A DNA stretch of 64,000 bases from Prochlorococcus sp. AG-402-C09 (lineage in GTDB: Bacteria; Cyanobacteriota; Cyanobacteriia; PCC-6307; Cyanobiaceae), in the NCBI GenBank assembly GCA_003279565.1, contig QCHN01000007.1, positions 5,855 to 69,854 on the forward strand, read 5' to 3'. The notes beneath the pieces are model-generated. The model did not search any database, was not told the origin of the DNA, and saw only the letters and a list, made by a program, of their open reading frames with translations. The position numbers were made by a program, and so were the translations under genes. Below are positions 47,625 through 58,900 of this stretch, piece after piece. The first letter of the stretch is position 1. The number at the start of each line of letters is the position of its first letter.

Positions 47625-48674
47625 GTGTTGGAAAGGAAAACAGCATTAATAACTGGAATTACTGGCCAAGATGGAAGTTATTTAGCTGAACTACTGATTC
47701 AGAAAGGCTATATTGTACATGGTTTAATTAGAAGATCGAGTACAGAAAATACTTCAAAAATTGACCATATGCTTAATCAAGATAATAGTAACAAGCTTCT
47801 ATTACATTATGGAGATCTCACAGATAGCGCAAATATTATTAATATAATAAATACAATAAAACCTGATGAAATTTATAATTTAGCCGCACAAAGTCATGTA
47901 GGAGTAAGTTTCGAATGCCCAGAATATACAGCTGAAACAGATGCGCTTGGACCATTAAGGATACTTGAAGCAATTAAAATACTTAAATTACAAAGAAAAA
48001 CCAAAGTATACCAAGCTAGTACTTCTGAACTTTATGGATTAATCCAAGAAACACCTCAAAAAGAAACTACCCCTTTTTACCCAAGAAGTCCTTATGGAGT
48101 CGCAAAATTATATGCATATTGGATAACAATTAACTATAGAGAAGCATATGGAATATATGCATGCAATGGCATACTTTTTAATCACGAATCTCCAAGAAGA
48201 GGCGAAACATTTGCGACAAAAAAAATAACACAAGGACTTAGCCGTATTCATTATGGACTTCAAGAAATCTTGTATATGGGAAATATAGATTCTCGAAGGG
48301 ACTGGGGCCACGCAAAAGATTATGTAGAAATGCAATGGAGAATGCTTCAACAAGAAAAACCAGAGGACTTTGTTATTGCTACGGGCAAGCAATCAACAGT
48401 TCGAAGCTTTATTGAGCTATCTGCAAAAATCCTTGGCTGGGGTGGTATTAATTGGGAAGGTGAAGGAATTCACGAGATTGGGAAAAGACAAGATAATGGA
48501 GATGTAGTTATAAAAATAAACCCTAAATACTTTAGGCCTACAGAAGTAGATTCTTTATTAGGTGACGCTCAAAAAGCACATGATAAATTAGGATGGAAAC
48601 CTAATACGTCAATAGAAGATTTAGCAAGAGAAATGATAGAATATGACAATAAAGAGTCTCAAAAACTTTTATAA
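47625..48674 (+). CDS. gmd: GDP-mannose 4,6-dehydratase
   Basis: [50 protein letters not shown]; GTG start. Confidence 0.95.
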   Translation: MLERKTALITGITGQDGSYLAELLIQKGYIVHGLIRRSSTENTSKIDHMLNQDNSNKLLLHYGDLTDSANIINIINTIKPDEIYNLAAQSHVGVSFECPEYTAETDALGPLRILEAIKILKLQRKTKVYQASTSELYGLIQETPQKETTPFYPRSPYGVAKLYAYWITINYREAYGIYACNGILFNHESPRRGETFATKKITQGLSRIHYGLQEILYMGNIDSRRDWGHAKDYVEMQWRMLQQEKPEDFVIATGKQSTVRSFIELSAKILGWGGINWEGEGIHEIGKRQDNGDVVIKINPKYFRPTEVDSLLGDAQKAHDKLGWKPNTSIEDLAREMIEYDNKESQKLL

Positions 48675-48825
48675 AATACTTTGTTTTTAATCCGATTTTA
48701 TTAATTTTTTTTTACTCATTAGTTTGCTCAAAGGGATAATCTGGTTCTTAATAGTGTTATCCGAACTATCTACCATCAGAAGGCACCAGTATTATCAGAC
48801 GGATTTCACAAACAGGTATTAACAA

Positions 48826-49011
48826 ATGGCTACAATTACAATTGATGGAAAAGAATACGATGTTGATAACATTTCAGACAAAGGAAAAGAACAATTGGCT
48901 AGCATAAAATTTGTCCAAAATGAGATTCAAGCTCTAGAGTCGCGCGTCGCGGTTTGCAAAACTGCTATGGCTGCATACACAACAGCACTTAAGAATGAAC
49001 TTAATAACTAA
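48826..49011 (+). CDS. Small protein, DUF6447-like
   Basis: 61 aa: TITIDGKEYDVDNISDKGKEQLASIKFV followed by a coiled coil; family name from recall. Confidence 0.7.
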   Translation: MATITIDGKEYDVDNISDKGKEQLASIKFVQNEIQALESRVAVCKTAMAAYTTALKNELNN

Positions 49012-49093
49012 TTGTTATAACAAGAGCTTATTGATTACTTATTAGGAAATAAAAGTTTAATCTAGAGTATTAACCTACTCTAGATCTATATGC

Positions 49094-49858
49094 TTGATTA
49101 TGATAAATTTAATTGAATCGTTTGCATGCCTCAATCAAGAGGGCATACTTTTATTGCATAGAAATAGTTTACTTCGACCACTTATTAAGGCTGAAGTAAT
49201 TAAGACTGAACTAAAAAAGATCTCTCTAGACAAAGGTCTAGAAGAAAATACCATCTCCAATTTTTTTAAAAGGTTAGGAGTAAATGATGAAGATAAATAC
49301 CAAGAATGGCTAATAAATAATAATTTGACTAGAGCAGACGTAGAAGAATTAGCTTTAAAACCAGTTAAAATTAAAATATTATGTAAACAAGAATTTGAAC
49401 ATAAAGCAGAAGCTCGCTTCCTTGAAAGAAAAAACAAACTAGATGTAGTGGTATATAGTCTTATAAGGACAAAGGATCCTTTCAAAGCTCAAGAACTCTA
49501 TTTAAGGATTATTGAGAACGAAGCCGAATTCGGTGAATTAGCATCAACCTATTCTGAAGGAATCGAGAAAAAAACTCGTGGAATTATTGGTCCTATAACT
49601 GTAGAAAAATCACATCCACTTATGCAAGAAATACTAAGGACTAGCGAGCCAGGTAAGACACATATTCCTGTAAAGGTTGATGAATCCTATGTGGTCGTAA
49701 GAGTAGAATCTTACGATCCAGCTAAGCTAAATGACTATATGAAAGAAAAAATGAGAGAAGAACTCTTTGACGATTTCATAGAATCCAAGGTAAATGATAT
49801 ACAACAGCATTACATAGATAAATCAAGACAAATAAGCAATAAAGGAGAGTTGTTATGA
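49094..49858 (+). CDS. PpiC/parvulin-type peptidyl-prolyl isomerase associated with the type I secretion cassette
   Basis: VVYSLIR, AQELYLRI, FGELASTYSEG, GIIGP; overlaps the HlyB start by 4 nt; start TTG 49094 or ATG 49100. Confidence 0.82.
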   Translation: MIMINLIESFACLNQEGILLLHRNSLLRPLIKAEVIKTELKKISLDKGLEENTISNFFKRLGVNDEDKYQEWLINNNLTRADVEELALKPVKIKILCKQEFEHKAEARFLERKNKLDVVVYSLIRTKDPFKAQELYLRIIENEAEFGELASTYSEGIEKKTRGIIGPITVEKSHPLMQEILRTSEPGKTHIPVKVDESYVVVRVESYDPAKLNDYMKEKMREELFDDFIESKVNDIQQHYIDKSRQISNKGELL

Positions 49859-52794
49859 ACATAAATATTAAATCTATAGAAGCATTCAAAAATATAAATC
49901 AAGAAAGTATAGAGTTATTAAAAGAAGATACTGAACTCGTTAAGTATTCTTTAGGTCAACCAATATGCATGTCAGGTGTAATTCCAAATCGAGTGCTAAT
50001 TATAGTAGAAGGAGAGGCAAGACTTATTCACAAATTAAATAATTACACCTCAACTTTAGCAAAGGTAGGTAAGGGATATTTCATAGGAATTGCTTCTATA
50101 TTGAATGCTGAAAGTTATGATTTTATATCAGCTAGTAGTGAAATAATTGCCATGAGTATTTCAGACAAGGTTATACTAAAATTGTACAAAAATGAACCAA
50201 GCTTTAAAACTTGGTGCGATCAAACAATTCAAGTTGCAGAAGCATGTAGAGTCGCAACTGTTTTACAAAAAGATTCTACAAGAAGTAATACGGATATAAA
50301 ACAGTCAGTCATAACTATCTTGAAAAATAGTCTTGTTAATACCTTAGAAAATAATTGCACTCTCGAATTAAAAAAAGGTTATGTAAGTATTACTGGAAGT
50401 GCAAATATTGTTGGGAAAAAATCTGGGGCAATTATCAATAAAAATGAAACTCTTGCAGTTAGAGGTCCACTACCTGCAAGGATTATTCAATTAAAAGAAG
50501 AAGTATATAAAAACTTATCAGAACCAATTCCTATTGGTTTAAGTGAAAAAGATCAAGAAAATCAAGATAATATAGCTAATTTAAACATACCTAAAAAGAC
50601 AGATTTAATTTCTACAAGTGAAGAGTTAGGACAATATATACCTGGCAAAAAATTTAAAGTAATAAGAGCTGATGGTGAAATCAGAGAAACAATGGCTTGC
50701 CTTCAAATGCTCGCAACAGAGTTAGAATTACCATACCGAATTGACAGTATAGAAAAAATTTTACGTGACTCAATTCGTAGAGGTAAAAAGCCCACATTGC
50801 AACTACTTGGTGGCATAACCTCAATGATGGGATTGCATACAAGCATCGCAAAAATCGACCCAGAAAAAGCCAATCGACTACCTTCACCCACTTTAATATC
50901 ATGGGGAGAAAATTTTGCAATAGTAAAAGAAACCAACTCTAATTTCTTAGAGTTAGTTTCCCCAAGCCAAGGGATTATCCGGTTAAAACCAGAGGAGTTT
51001 TCAGAAAGTTTTACTGAAGGATTTATTGAATTACTAATTGTTGAGAAACATGACCAAACTCCTCAATCAAAGTTTGGATTAAAATGGCTCCTACCTGCAA
51101 TCAATAGATATCGTGGAGTCCTTTTACAGGTTTTATTAGCTTCATTCGTTGTACAACTTTTTGGACTTGCAAATCCACTGATGATTCAAGTAATCATTGA
51201 CAAAGTGATTACTCAAAGAAGTTTAGATACTCTTGAAATCTTAGGTTTGGCTCTAGTTGTTGTAACAATACTTGGTGGAATAATAGGCAGTCTCAGGACT
51301 TTTCTTTTCACTGAAACAACAAATAGAATTGACACTCGGCTAGCTTCAGAAGTGATTGATCATCTTTTACGATTACCTTTAAACTACTTTGACAAACGAC
51401 CAGTTGGAGAATTAGGAAGTCGAGTAGCAGAACTAGAAAAAATAAGAAATTTCCTTACGGGGCAAGCACTTACCACAATATTAGATGCAGCTTTCTCGGT
51501 GATTTACATAATTGTTATGGTTATTTATAGCTGGTTATTAACACTATTAGCATTAGGCGTAGTCCCAATACAAATATTGCTAACACTAATCGGTACTCCA
51601 TTGATCAGAAGACAAATTAGAGATATTGCGGAAGAAAATGCTTCGACACAAAGTCATTTAGTAGAAGTTCTGACAGGCATTCAAACTGTTAAAGCACAAA
51701 ATGTTGAGAGAGTCAGTCGTTGGAAATGGCAAGATTTATATAGTAAATATATATCTAAAACATTTCAAAAAACAATCACAACAACCGCTCTTGGGCAAAC
51801 GAGTCAAGTCCTACAACAATTATCTCAGCTACTTGTTTTATGGGTTGGTGCTACCTTGGTTTTAAAAGGTGAACTTACTTTAGGACAACTAATCGCTTTT
51901 AGAATAATTTCTGGATATGTTACCCAACCATTATTAAGACTAAGTAGTATTTGGCAAAATATTCAAGAATTAAAAGTTTCTTTCGAAAGACTTGCGGATA
52001 TTGTTGATACCCCGCAAGAAGCAAATGAAAAAGATAAGATGAATATTCCATTGCCAAGTATCAATGGCAAAGTGGAATTTGAAGATCTCTCTTTTACTTT
52101 TAGAAAGGGGTTACCAAAAGTTCTAAAGAATATAAATTTAAAGATTAATCCTGGACAATTTGTGGGAGTTGTAGGACAGAGTGGTAGTGGTAAAAGTACC
52201 TTAATGAAATTATTACCAAGATTGTATAAACCGGACTCTGGGAGATTGTTAATAGATGATTATGATGTAAATAAAGTAGAACTTTATTCTTTAAGAAGGC
52301 AAATTGGAATAGTTCCTCAAGAACCATTATTATTTGCAGGAAATATTAGCGATAATATTGCATTAACAGATCCTGAAGCTCCAAGTGATGAAATTCTACG
52401 AGTTGCAAAAATCGCAGATGCTCATGATTTCATTATGAATCTAAAAGATGGATATAGTACTGACGTAGGAGAAAGAGGCGCAGGCTTATCTGGAGGGCAA
52501 AAACAAAGAATCGCAATCGCAAGGACTTTATTAAGCAACCCAAAGCTATTAATAATGGATGAAGCTACGAGCGCATTAGACTATGAAACAGAAAGAAAAG
52601 TTTGCGATGCACTTAAAGATTCATGCAAAGATTCAACAGTATTTTTTATCACCCATAGATTAAGCACAGTAAAAAATGCTGACTTAATAGTAATGCTACA
52701 TCAAGGTTCAATTGCAGAGATAGGCACTCACAATGATCTAATGAATAAACAAGGAAGATATTTTGCCTTATACCGCCAACAAGAATCATCTTAA
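49855..52794 (+). CDS. Type I secretion ABC transporter (HlyB family): cNMP-binding-like + C39-like + TMD + NBD
   Basis: QVIIDKV, RPVGEL, GQSGSGKST, LSGGQKQR, MDEATSALD; N-terminal cNMP-like region. Confidence 0.92.
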   Translation: MNINIKSIEAFKNINQESIELLKEDTELVKYSLGQPICMSGVIPNRVLIIVEGEARLIHKLNNYTSTLAKVGKGYFIGIASILNAESYDFISASSEIIAMSISDKVILKLYKNEPSFKTWCDQTIQVAEACRVATVLQKDSTRSNTDIKQSVITILKNSLVNTLENNCTLELKKGYVSITGSANIVGKKSGAIINKNETLAVRGPLPARIIQLKEEVYKNLSEPIPIGLSEKDQENQDNIANLNIPKKTDLISTSEELGQYIPGKKFKVIRADGEIRETMACLQMLATELELPYRIDSIEKILRDSIRRGKKPTLQLLGGITSMMGLHTSIAKIDPEKANRLPSPTLISWGENFAIVKETNSNFLELVSPSQGIIRLKPEEFSESFTEGFIELLIVEKHDQTPQSKFGLKWLLPAINRYRGVLLQVLLASFVVQLFGLANPLMIQVIIDKVITQRSLDTLEILGLALVVVTILGGIIGSLRTFLFTETTNRIDTRLASEVIDHLLRLPLNYFDKRPVGELGSRVAELEKIRNFLTGQALTTILDAAFSVIYIIVMVIYSWLLTLLALGVVPIQILLTLIGTPLIRRQIRDIAEENASTQSHLVEVLTGIQTVKAQNVERVSRWKWQDLYSKYISKTFQKTITTTALGQTSQVLQQLSQLLVLWVGATLVLKGELTLGQLIAFRIISGYVTQPLLRLSSIWQNIQELKVSFERLADIVDTPQEANEKDKMNIPLPSINGKVEFEDLSFTFRKGLPKVLKNINLKINPGQFVGVVGQSGSGKSTLMKLLPRLYKPDSGRLLIDDYDVNKVELYSLRRQIGIVPQEPLLFAGNISDNIALTDPEAPSDEILRVAKIADAHDFIMNLKDGYSTDVGERGAGLSGGQKQRIAIARTLLSNPKLLIMDEATSALDYETERKVCDALKDSCKDSTVFFITHRLSTVKNADLIVMLHQGSIAEIGTHNDLMNKQGRYFALYRQQESS

Positions 52795-52798
52795 ACTC

Positions 52799-53935
52799 AT
52801 GAAAAAACTAAAAATAAATTTTCTCAAAGAATTAAAGGACAAATATGCAAAATACAATGTTTTCAAGAACATTTATAAACCAATAAATTTTGAATATTTA
52901 AAAAATATTGTTAGCAAAAAAAGTATAAAGAGAATTAAAAGTCAGTTGAAGATAATTTATGAAAATAAATTACTTAATCCCACCTTGCTATTCCAAAAAA
53001 TACAAGACAAAGTAGAGGGAATAGCGAGTATTGACTCCAATCAAGTTGTTTTAAAACAATCACGATTTTGGGCAAAGTCAATAACATGGGTTCTCATTAG
53101 TGGAACAACTTTTGCAATTGGATGGATTAGTGTAGCTAAAACAGATGAAGTTGTTATTGCGTTCGGAAAATTAGAGCCTAAAGGTGGAGTTATTAGTGTG
53201 CAAATGCCGTTAGAAGGCATTGCAGAAGAAATCTTAGTAAAAGAAGGAGAAATAGTAAAAAAAGGTCAAACTCTAATACGTCTAGATACTGAAATCACAG
53301 AAGCAAAATATAATTCACTAAAAACAAGTTTAATTCTAAATCAATCAATTGAAGACAAGCTAAAATTTTTAGCAGAAGAAGGAGCAGTTTCTGAAATACA
53401 GTACCTTCAGCAAAAAGAAAAAGTCCAGCAAATTAAAGGACAAATCAAAACAAGCCAAGTAACTTTGCGCTATCAACAGATAGTCTCACCTCTCGATGGA
53501 ATTGTTTTTGAACTTCAACCTAAAGGGCCTGGGTATGTAGCTAGAAGTACTGAACCTGTCTTGAAAATTGTACCTTTAAATAATTTGATTGCTAAAGTTG
53601 AGATAGAAAGCAGAAAGATTGGTTTTGTTCAAACAGGTAAGAGTGTAGATATAAGTATTGATTCTTTTCCAGCAACAGATTTTGGAGTAATTGAAGGAAC
53701 AGTTACAAGAATTGGTTCAGATGCCCTGCCTCCTGATCCTTCTCAAGGCAAAGGATATAGATTCCCTGCAGACATTATATTAAAAGATCAATACTTAAAA
53801 CTTAAGTCAGGTAAAAATCTGCCAATACAAGCAGGCATGAGCCTCACAGCTAATATAAAGCTCAGAAAAGTTACTTATTTACAATTATTCTTAAATAAAT
53901 TCAGCAGCAAGGCTGAATCTCTTCGGTCAATATAA
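52799..53935 (+). CDS. HlyD family membrane fusion protein
   Basis: One TM helix, GKLEP, VKEGEIVKKGQTL, SPLDGIV, FPATDFGVIEG, QAGMSLTANIK; ATG at 52799 preferred over TTG at 52763. Confidence 0.9.
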   Translation: MKKLKINFLKELKDKYAKYNVFKNIYKPINFEYLKNIVSKKSIKRIKSQLKIIYENKLLNPTLLFQKIQDKVEGIASIDSNQVVLKQSRFWAKSITWVLISGTTFAIGWISVAKTDEVVIAFGKLEPKGGVISVQMPLEGIAEEILVKEGEIVKKGQTLIRLDTEITEAKYNSLKTSLILNQSIEDKLKFLAEEGAVSEIQYLQQKEKVQQIKGQIKTSQVTLRYQQIVSPLDGIVFELQPKGPGYVARSTEPVLKIVPLNNLIAKVEIESRKIGFVQTGKSVDISIDSFPATDFGVIEGTVTRIGSDALPPDPSQGKGYRFPADIILKDQYLKLKSGKNLPIQAGMSLTANIKLRKVTYLQLFLNKFSSKAESLRSI

Positions 53936-53954
53936 ACAAATAAACTAAGCTAAT

Positions 53955-55862
53955 TCAATGAAATAAGTAATCATATTTCTGTTCTTGCTTAACGATATTT
54001 ATTGCTGGCTTAAGCATGTCTTGATAGTTTTGCCAAGAAAATAATTCATGAGAATCTAAGATAGAATTATTTTCTTTTTTATAGATATTAGTAGTCATAT
54101 CTAATCTAGGGTAAAGATATTTATCTTCAAAATCCCAACCCAACCAATATAAAAGTTTCTTTATTTGCATTTCTGGATCTGTTACTAATAAATCATAATT
54201 TAAAAAATAAATAGAACTATCATATTTTTCTTTATATTGATTCATAATAGAATCAATATAAATGCATAATTTGACAGTTTCATCCACTGAAGATTTAAAA
54301 GAATATTTGCTTCCTAATGGCTTGCAAAACATAGCTTTTGCATGATCTAGAGGGTTCCTATAACAATAAATAACTTTTGCATTAGGGATATGATTAATAA
54401 TGAATCCAGTGAAAATATAATTTGAAGGATTAGTTAAAGAAAGATAGCAATCATTAGGAATCTTGTCAGGCAAGTTATCTAAAAATAATTTATATAAGGT
54501 TGTTTTTCTATCATTTTCATTGGATCTAAAGTATTGATTAACTGACTTTTCAAGCGCAATATTCTCACTAAGTTTCTTTAATTTATCATTAGAATTTAGT
54601 ATTGATTCAATAATTGTCTTACCAGATCTTGGTAAACCTACAATGAAAATCGGATTGCAAGAGATTTCATCCGATAAAGTATTACACTCACTTTTGTCAG
54701 TAAGCAAAATAAATTTCTTGATTGCAGCTTTTGTTGATTCAAAATTTGAAGGATAAATTTTACGATTAAGTTCATTAGCCTTCTTATAGTATTTCTGACT
54801 AATAGAAAAATTTTGATCTGCATCTAACAACTTCGCTCTTGCAAAAAAAATATCGATCCTATCAATATCTGACCGATTTTCTAGAATTTGATCTGAGAAC
54901 AAATAGTCTTCCCACTCTTCTTTAACTCCTGGTTGTTTAAAAATAGATTGAGTTAAGTAAGCCTTAGCAAGGTCTTTATTAAAAGAAATAGCTTTCTGAG
55001 ATGAGAGTTTGGCTTCTTCGTATCTTTCAAGATCCAGTAATATAACAGATAGATTATTATGAGCTTCAGAAGAATCAGGCTGAAGTTCAATCGCTTTATT
55101 TATCAGAACTTCTGCTTCGTCATATTGACCAAGTTCCCTCAATAAAGCTGCCAGATTAATAAATGGACCTGGTAAATCATCCTTCAAATCAATAAGTTTA
55201 CGCAGAGTAGATTCAGATTCCTCATATCTTCCTTGAACTTTTAAAATCTCTGCAAGTACAAGATATGAACTGTAAAAACTAGGATTCAGTTCAATAGATT
55301 TCCGGATAAACAATTCAGATTTATTAAATTCATTTAATAGCTTATAAGTCAAACCAAGTTGATAATTGGTTTCAGGGATCTTAGGCTGAATAGAATTTGC
55401 TAGAAGAAAATACTTCTGAGCATCATTAATACTATTGACTTTCAAGAAATGAAAACCAAGTAAATAATAACCTTTATATGAATTTGGATTCAGTTCAATA
55501 TACTTCTTGAATAATTTCTCTGCCTCGTCAGACTTACCACAATCGCTTAACAAACGTGCAAGGTTTGAATATGCATTTGAGTTGTTTGGATATTTTTGTA
55601 TAGATTTCTTGAAAAGTTTAATAGCATTATCTTTTTGACCTAACTGAATACAAATAACACCAAAATTGGATAAGACCCTCTGATCAGTAAATCCGCGATC
55701 CAAAAACAATTTATATTTTATTGCAGCCTCTTTAAAATTCCCTTTTGAATGCAAATTCAAAGCATTTGATAGTAATTGATTAGCATCAGCATCAGCATCA
55801 GCATCAATATCGTTGGAATTAAACTTACCAAGTAAATTATTGGTATCACCAAAACCTTTCAT
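53955..55862 (-). CDS. TPR-repeat protein with C-terminal sulfotransferase domain
   Basis: MKGFG N-terminus, about 8 TPR units, PIFIVGLPRSGKT (5'-PSB), RNPLD (3'-PB), YDLLVTDP. Confidence 0.85.
   Translation of the reverse strand: MKGFGDTNNLLGKFNSNDIDADADADANQLLSNALNLHSKGNFKEAAIKYKLFLDRGFTDQRVLSNFGVICIQLGQKDNAIKLFKKSIQKYPNNSNAYSNLARLLSDCGKSDEAEKLFKKYIELNPNSYKGYYLLGFHFLKVNSINDAQKYFLLANSIQPKIPETNYQLGLTYKLLNEFNKSELFIRKSIELNPSFYSSYLVLAEILKVQGRYEESESTLRKLIDLKDDLPGPFINLAALLRELGQYDEAEVLINKAIELQPDSSEAHNNLSVILLDLERYEEAKLSSQKAISFNKDLAKAYLTQSIFKQPGVKEEWEDYLFSDQILENRSDIDRIDIFFARAKLLDADQNFSISQKYYKKANELNRKIYPSNFESTKAAIKKFILLTDKSECNTLSDEISCNPIFIVGLPRSGKTIIESILNSNDKLKKLSENIALEKSVNQYFRSNENDRKTTLYKLFLDNLPDKIPNDCYLSLTNPSNYIFTGFIINHIPNAKVIYCYRNPLDHAKAMFCKPLGSKYSFKSSVDETVKLCIYIDSIMNQYKEKYDSSIYFLNYDLLVTDPEMQIKKLLYWLGWDFEDKYLYPRLDMTTNIYKKENNSILDSHELFSWQNYQDMLKPAINIVKQEQKYDYLFH
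55783..55806. repeat. Hexanucleotide tandem repeat (GCATCA)x4 encoding DADADADA
   Basis: Read directly in the sequence. Confidence 0.9.
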
Positions 55863-55943
55863 TTTTAAGTCTCAGTGATCGAAGTTAAAATTTTCTCAAT
55901 TGAAATTATCAAGAAACAAGAAAGAAACGGTTAAATAGAAACA

Positions 55944-55979
55944 ATAAAAAACCCTCTGAATAATCAGAGGGTTTTTTAT
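55944..55979. terminator. Intrinsic terminator after the S-layer-like gene (bidirectional structure)
   Basis: Perfect 16-bp inverted repeat ATAAAAAACCCTCTGA-ATAA-TCAGAGGGTTTTTTAT, 20 bp past the stop codon. Confidence 0.9.
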
Positions 55980-55999
55980 CTTAAGTTTTAACTTAAATT

Positions 56000-58900
56000 T
56001 TATGAGTAAACAGTGTTGGCAATAGTGAATACCGCATCAGCAGTATCAGCAGAAATAGTTGCCACAAGTGTAAGGGCATCGACGTTAGTGTCATCAGTTC
56101 CATTAATATCCATGTTGTATACATAGGCTTTATCAGTGACCAAGTCATTGATAATTGCTATACCGTCAACGTCTCCAGTTTCAATAGTTAGAGCAGCATT
56201 CAAGAACAGATCCACATCACCACCATCTGTTACGTCTGTGTAGTCAGCAATTGTCTCACCACCCACAGCAGTTGCACCATCAGCGAAAACATAAACTGTT
56301 TGAGCATCAGCTGCATCAGCAACTGTTGAACCAGCAGTAACTGCAGCCTCTCCAGCTACGTCTCCAGCAGCTAGTAATTCAACATCAAGCTCGTCTCCAC
56401 CAGTGCCAAATGTAAATCCAGTAATTACATCACTACCATTAGCGGCAACAAGACTCATGTTGATGTGGTCAACTGACCTAGATCCAACCGCCTCAGCCAT
56501 AGCAATAACATCATCTCCACCACCTGCAGTAATAGTGTCAACGCCTGTTCCGGTAGTGATGTTATCAGCTCCACCTGTAGCGATGAATGTATCAGCACCA
56601 TCACCCAAAGTAGCAGTGATACCAGTGGTTGTATTGTTATTCAAGGTAACAGCACTGGATCCTGTCAATCCTGATAGATCAACATCGCCAAGTGATGTAG
56701 CAGCACCAACTGTTATGTTGAAAGTACCTGCACCAGAAGCAGTAATTGTACCAATAGTAGAATTAGCAGCACCAAATGTATCGTTATTTCCGGTAAAGGT
56801 CTTACCACCATCAACTGTGACATTGATATTTCCAAGTGTTGTCGCAGCAGAAGCACCGTCCATGGTGACATCATCGTTAGCGACAACGGTGATGTTACCA
56901 ACAGTTGTTGCATCATCCATTTCTCCTACGTTAACTCCATCTCCGGAACCACTCGAGGTGATTGAGATGTTACCAACTGTTGTTGCTTCATCAATAAAGT
57001 CTCCGCTGTCACCAATATTGAATGTGTCAGTTGCAACAATCGTCACATTTCCAACTGAAGTAGCAACAGCAAATCCAGTCGCACCAGTACCGATAGAGAA
57101 GTCTTCGTTAGCGGTGATTGTGATGTCACCCATAGTCTCTTGAACATCAAAAGCAGTGATTACAAAGCTTGTTCCATCAGCTCCTGTATCTATGTCAAAG
57201 CTTGTGAAGTTATCAACCAAGACTGTTCCAAGAGTTGAAGTTGCATAAGCTCCTGCTAGATCAATATCAAAAGTAGCGACATCAGCGTGCTCCGCATCAA
57301 CATTTCCTAGATGTACTTCTGCTCCTCCAGACATATTGACTGTATAAGAAGTAAGAGCATCAGCTGAAACGGTTCCACCAATAGCACCGATAACTGTTAA
57401 ACCAGCTCCAGTTCCTGTGTGACTAATAGTCGCAAGGTCATCCATTGTGGCAAGATCGCCAAGAGTCAAGTTCGCTTCATCACTAGTGGTTGTTAGTGAT
57501 GTCAAGTTTTCAGCAGTAATGGCTCCGGTATCAATAGTATCTCCAGCGTCATCACCCGTAGTAACAGTAAGAGATGTGAGTGCTGTACCACCTGCAAGAC
57601 TAACTAGATCAGTTGTAACGTTGGCAGTATTACCACTATCACTGTTAATAGTTAGGTTTGCTACGTTGCTAAAGGTTGTAGAAGTGTTGGCAATTGTTGC
57701 TGAATTTGTATCTACGACCCCATAAGTCACGGTTGCTGCTGCGCTTGCTGCATAACCAATGTTTACAACAGCTCCATCTCCTAACTGATTAATTGTTGCA
57801 ACTTCAGATGCAAGATTTGTGACAATTCCAGAACCAGTTGATGCAGCGATTTCAAGTGTAGTTAAGTCAGTAATGCTTGAAGCATTTAGTTGGCCACCGC
57901 TAAAGGTCAACTGAAGTGTTTCTACACCAGAGATGGTTGGAGTAACTGTTCCAGAATCTAATACTGCAATTACTTCATCAGATCCTGCTCCACCAGTAAT
58001 GGTATCAGTAGTTGAAAGATCATCTGCTGCAAAGCGGATTGTATCTGCACCAGTACCACCTGTATAGGTAAGAGCGTTTGTACCATGCAATAGATCAAGA
58101 GCACCAGTAAATGCACCAGCATTAACAGTTACAGCTTCATCATCAAGGGCATTGGTTATTGTGAGATCTGCATTACCAGTGATAGTTAAAGACTCAAGAT
58201 CATCAGCACCAAAACGTGTAACTGTAATGTCCTCAGCGGTACCTTCGGATGAAGCCTTGGTTGCATTAATAGTGATTACCTCAATCGCATCAGCATCAAG
58301 CTCTGCCATTGTGAAATCATTTTGATTAGCTGCAACACTTCCGGTTTGACGGTTAGCCAAGTTAATAGTGATCGTATCAGCAGTACCAGAAGAATCTTTA
58401 AGATCAATAGCTACATCAGCAAGAAGATCAGCAACAGTTCCTGTAGTTGCGTTACGGAAGGTGTATGTAGAGGCTTGAACATCAGTAAGAGTTACGTCAG
58501 CAGCATCTAGAGCAGAAGTAACAATAACAGTCGAAAATGTTGCTGGACTTACAAAAGTATCGAAGTCAAGAGTATCAGCGTTAGTAGAAGCAATAATCTC
58601 TAACTGCTCGACATTAGTGACGTTGAGATCTCCATCAGTAACAGAAGTAACAGTTCCAGCTGAACCAGTTAGTTGAAGAGTATCAATACCTGCACCACCA
58701 TCAATAACGTCATGATTAGTAGCATCTGTGTAAGCAAGTGTGGCACCCATCTCAAAGGTGTCTCCATTTGAACCACCAGTAAGAGTAAGATCTCCAGCCT
58801 CAGTAGCGGTAACTACCAACTTACCAGTTGCATCCGCTGCCGTAACAGTTGCATCATCCTCATCAAGAGTAATGTCTAGCTGTCCAGAACCTGTATGAGT

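Noticed and set aside
49855-52794. Bacteriocin or lanthipeptide (prochlorosin-type) exporter interpretation
   Set aside because: The C39-like domain appears to lack the catalytic Cys, and no double-glycine precursor or LanM gene is nearby.
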